NCBI GenBank assembly: GCA_048194085.1
Contig: DBFABM010000020.1
Span: forward strand, 1,692-65,691
Source of the DNA: Collinsella aerofaciens
Lineage (GTDB): Bacteria; Actinomycetota; Coriobacteriia; Coriobacteriales; Coriobacteriaceae
Length of the DNA stretch: 64,000 nt
Reading direction: 5' to 3'
How positions within the stretch are numbered: the first letter of the stretch is position 1; every line of letters starts with the position of its first letter. A program made the position numbers and the translations under genes. Positions 61,026 to 64,000 of the stretch are shown here, piece after piece. The notes beneath the pieces are model-generated. The model had not been told where the DNA came from. It did no database searches and was given only the letters and a program-made list of their open reading frames with translations.

Positions 61026-61823
61026 GTGGCGCTGGTATTTGACGTTCAGCAGGCGAACGGTAAGCCCGACGACAACCGCCGCCCCGGCACCGCGTGTCCC
61101 TTTTGCGATACAGAAGGGCTCACCGACATCATTCGCCGTGATGGCGATTGCATTTGGCTCGAGAATAAGTTCAAGACCCTGCGCGCCACCCGTCAAACCG
61201 TGCTGATCGAGTCGGCCGATCACGATGCCGACCTGGTGACCTATGAGCCTGATGAACTCCACCATGTGATGCGGTTTGCCCTGGGTTGCTGGCAGCAGAT
61301 GATCGATTCACAGCAGTATCGAAGCGTGCTCATGTACAAGAACAAGGGTCCGCTCTCGGGCGGTAGCCTCGTTCATCCGCACATGCAGATTGTGGGTTTG
61401 GAGCAGGAAGACGGCTATGCTTCGCTGACTTCCGCCAATTTCGAAGGCATCAATGTCTGGCAACAGGGGAGGATCTCGGCCAACATCTCAACCGAACCCA
61501 TCATGGGGTTCTTTGAGATCAACGTTTCAGCCCCGCAGGGAATCTCTGCCAGCGATGACACGAGAGATCAAGCCGAGGCGGATCTCTTCGCCGATGCAGT
61601 CCAGGTAGCTCTGCGCTATATCCTGAACGAGCACCACGGTGGTCGCGCAGGGTCGTATAATCTGTTCTTCTATCACCTGGGTGGTCGGACCATTGCCAAG
61701 GCGCTGCCGCGTTGGGTGGTTTCGCCCTACTTCGTCGGCTATCGTTTAGCCCAGGTCAATGCTGAGACCACGCTCGATGTCGATGCTGAGCGCCTGCGTG
61801 CGCATCTGGAAACGTTCGTATAG
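61026..61823 (+). CDS. GalT-like HIT-superfamily protein (DUF4931-like)
   Basis: GTG 61026, 8 nt after GGAGG. CPFC zinc motif near the N-terminus. HPHMQ (HxHxQ) nucleotidyl-transferase motif. Confidence 0.6.
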   Translation: MALVFDVQQANGKPDDNRRPGTACPFCDTEGLTDIIRRDGDCIWLENKFKTLRATRQTVLIESADHDADLVTYEPDELHHVMRFALGCWQQMIDSQQYRSVLMYKNKGPLSGGSLVHPHMQIVGLEQEDGYASLTSANFEGINVWQQGRISANISTEPIMGFFEINVSAPQGISASDDTRDQAEADLFADAVQVALRYILNEHHGGRAGSYNLFFYHLGGRTIAKALPRWVVSPYFVGYRLAQVNAETTLDVDAERLRAHLETFV

Positions 61824-61853
61824 TAAGACTAACACCCGCGTAATGCGGACAGC

Positions 61854-62852
61854 CTAGCGTCCCATGGCGTCGCGGCCGGCCTCGACCCGCTTGCGCTGGG
61901 CGGCGCGCTCCTCGCCGGTTAGACGCTCAAAGAGATGTCCGATAAGCGAGGCGAGTACCTGCTGAAACAGCGTGCCGCACATGACGGGGAATACGACTTC
62001 GCCCGGAAAGTATTGCGTGGCGATGACGGCGCCCGAAGATATGTTACGCATGCCGCAGGTAAAGCACATGGTAGCCGTCTCGCTATATGGCAGATGCAGC
62101 GCACGGGCGACCAGAAAACCGATGACAAAGCCGCTGATGGCGAAGGTCAAAATAAAGAGGGCGACTTCCAGGCGCACCGCGTTCATATGCAGCACGTACT
62201 CGCTCATGGCGGTGGAGTTGGAGGCGATAACGCCCATCATCATGAATTTGCAGGCGGGCGAGAGCGCGGGGGAGAGCTTCTCGTGTCCCCATCCACGCGT
62301 GAGCTCGTTGATCACGATGCCGAGCACGGCGGGGATGGCGATCATAAAGGCCATGTCTTGCATCATGCTCGGCACATCGATCGAGACGGTGGCACCCAGC
62401 AAGAGCTTAAGCGTGAGCGGAATCGTCACAGGGGAGATAACCGAGGACGTCAGGATGATGGTGAGCGCGAGCGGGCCGTTGCCGCCGAACATGCTGATCC
62501 ACATAAAAGCGGTGACGGCCACGGGCACGCTGTACTCGAGCACGATGCCGCAGACAAGGTTGGGGTTGGAGCCAAAGAACAGCGATCCCATGGCATACGC
62601 CGCGATGGGGATGAGCACGGCCGAGACAAATAACGCCAAAATCAGATGCAGGGGACGGCGGAACACCTCAGCTACCTGGTGGAAAGTGTTGCTGAGCGCG
62701 CCCTGAAACGTCATAAAGGCGAAGAGGGCGGGAACAATGGGCTTGAGCACGCCGATCTGCTGGGGAAAGAGCACGCCGAGCGCCACGCAAATCGGAACGA
62801 TGATCTGCATATGCCCCGCGAGGAACTTTCCCAGTCCAGCCCATTGCTTCAT
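61854..62852 (-). CDS. Bile acid:sodium symporter (BASS) family transporter
   Basis: Polytopic. Motif regions (FMTFQGALS, GMRNISSGAVIA) typical of the SBF/BASS family. Confidence 0.8.
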   Translation of the reverse strand: MKQWAGLGKFLAGHMQIIVPICVALGVLFPQQIGVLKPIVPALFAFMTFQGALSNTFHQVAEVFRRPLHLILALFVSAVLIPIAAYAMGSLFFGSNPNLVCGIVLEYSVPVAVTAFMWISMFGGNGPLALTIILTSSVISPVTIPLTLKLLLGATVSIDVPSMMQDMAFMIAIPAVLGIVINELTRGWGHEKLSPALSPACKFMMMGVIASNSTAMSEYVLHMNAVRLEVALFILTFAISGFVIGFLVARALHLPYSETATMCFTCGMRNISSGAVIATQYFPGEVVFPVMCGTLFQQVLASLIGHLFERLTGEERAAQRKRVEAGRDAMGR

Positions 62853-63126
62853 ATGTCCCGTGACTCCCTTTATCCGCGAACTCGTTTGTATGGATATGCT
62901 AGACGCTCGTATGCGTCCGTGCGGCTGAAACGCTCGATTATTTCGAGGCCATTACCGCCATCGTTTGCCGAAACCGCGGCACACCGCGGCGTTTTGCGTC
63001 CGCGCTGCACGGTATAATAAATCCGTTCAACAGATCTGCCTGCCGAAGCGGGCATACACAGAGGACTCATCGCTATGAACCGTGAGAGGTATCGCGGCGA
63101 CCTGCCCCTATCAGGGGTGGGCGCCT

Positions 63127-64000
63127 ATGTCATCGCTTAAGACGACGCATCGCTGGGCGGTCGCTCAGCAAAACCCCGAGCTCGAAAAGGAGCTTTCGGC
63201 TGGTCTGGGCATTCCCGGGCTGGTGGCGCGCATTATGGTCGCGCACGGCATTGACTCCATCAAAGAGGGCCAATTGTTTTTGACGCCTTCGCTCGATCGC
63301 GACTGGGCCGACCCACTCATTATCCCGGGCATGTCGGTCGTTGCCGACCGCGTCGAGCGTGCTATTCGCAACCACGAGCACATTGCAGTCTTTGGCGATT
63401 TTGACGTTGACGGTATTACGTCGACCTGCCTGTTGACCGAGGCGCTGCGCACGTTTGGCGCCGATGTCACGCCGTTTATTCCGCACCGCTTTGATGAGGG
63501 CTACGGTCTTTCGCGCGCGGCACTCGACCGCGTTAACGAGCTCGCTCGCCCCCAGCTGATCGTGACCGTCGATAACGGCATTGCCGCCAAGGAAGAGGTT
63601 TCCTATCTGGAGAACCTGGGGATCGATTTGGTGGTCACGGACCATCACGAGCCCTCCGACCAGGTGCCGCAGGGTGTGCCCCTGACCGACCCCAAGCTCG
63701 AGGACGAGGGCCCCTCGCGTGAGCTTGCCGGTGCTGGTGTGGCGCTCAAGCTGGTGCAAGTCCTGGGTGAGCGCCTGGGCAAGCCGTCGTATTGGCGTTC
63801 GCTAATCGAGGTCGCGGCGCTGGGCACCGTGTCCGACATGATGCCGCTCACGCCCGAGAACCGCGCGCTGGTTGCCGAGGGCATCCAGCAGATGCGCGTA
63901 ACCGCTCGCCCCGGCTATATCGCGCTTGCCGCGCTTGCCAAGGCGAACCTTTCGAGCATTACGGCGGATGGCCTGTCATTCTCGCTCATTCCCCGCTTAA
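63127..64000 (+). CDS. recJ: Single-stranded-DNA-specific exonuclease RecJ, 3' end cut by window edge
   Basis: Not in the ORF track because it runs off the window. ATG 63127 gives MSSLKTTHRW.., IAVFGDFDVDGITS (DHH motif I/II region), VTVDNG, VTDHHEP (DHH motif). Confidence 0.9.
   Translation, partial: MSSLKTTHRWAVAQQNPELEKELSAGLGIPGLVARIMVAHGIDSIKEGQLFLTPSLDRDWADPLIIPGMSVVADRVERAIRNHEHIAVFGDFDVDGITSTCLLTEALRTFGADVTPFIPHRFDEGYGLSRAALDRVNELARPQLIVTVDNGIAAKEEVSYLENLGIDLVVTDHHEPSDQVPQGVPLTDPKLEDEGPSRELAGAGVALKLVQVLGERLGKPSYWRSLIEVAALGTVSDMMPLTPENRALVAEGIQQMRVTARPGYIALAALAKANLSSITADGLSFSLIPRL

Noticed and set aside
62980-63020. TATAAT box (about 63012-63017) with TTGCGT upstream as the recJ promoter, and a CCGCGG-CACA-CCGCGG hairpin
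   Set aside because: The -35/-10 spacing (about 13 nt) is wrong for a sigma-70-type promoter. The hairpin has no upstream plus-strand gene to terminate. Evidence is too weak to call a feature.
1-64000. Scan of intergenic regions for tRNA, rRNA, CRISPR arrays, integrases and transposases
   Set aside because: I saw no cloverleaf-compatible sequences, rRNA-like stretches, repeat-spacer arrays or recombinase ORFs. A tRNAscan/Infernal run would be the definitive check.

Overview
High-GC (by eye about 60-65 %) Gram-positive actinobacterial chromosome segment. The gene content fits Coriobacteriia (Collinsella-like): single-chain PurL, PdxST with divergent PdxR, a DUF3516 helicase, an LAXTG sorting signal and an HTH-aminotransferase fusion. 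The taxon is inference only. I call about 55 protein genes and saw no rRNA, tRNA, CRISPR array, integrase or transposase. Most of the window is core metabolism and transport: pdxST/pdxR, purL, hom, a liv-type ABC transporter, an LDH/EtfBA lactate module, Fe-ADH and ALDH, reverse rubrerythrin, def-like, trmB, cutC, recJ, and MFS, DMT, CPA2, KdgT, AzlCD and BASS transporters. Items worth a second look: (1) A TerB-N/TerB-C, DUF2791-type ATPase and Lhr-like helicase operon (27049-32667, minus strand) matches the Shango anti-phage architecture. (2) A 119-bp MITE-like element occurs in three copies; its TA-flanked inverted termini (C)TAAGTGAGTAG carry TAA, TGA and TAG in the three frames. Two copies supply the stop codons of real genes, and two copies bracket a lower-GC Vsr/DUF559-like gene. 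(3) A bacterial Elp3 lies 2 kb from a Trm9-like methyltransferase and trmB, suggesting a eukaryote/archaea-style (m)cm5U34 tRNA pathway. (4) A WxL/csc-like surface-protein operon includes a mini LAXTG-anchored protein. (5) A 4 x 62-bp tandem array of hairpin-forming units lies in a convergent intergenic region. (6) A charge-segregated wHTH protein carries a long (D)RGGRGG tail. (7) Decay signatures: etfA is frameshifted in a C6 run, and a collapsed livJ paralog remnant sits next to an AT-rich island. All family assignments come from reading motifs in the supplied translations. No database search was run.
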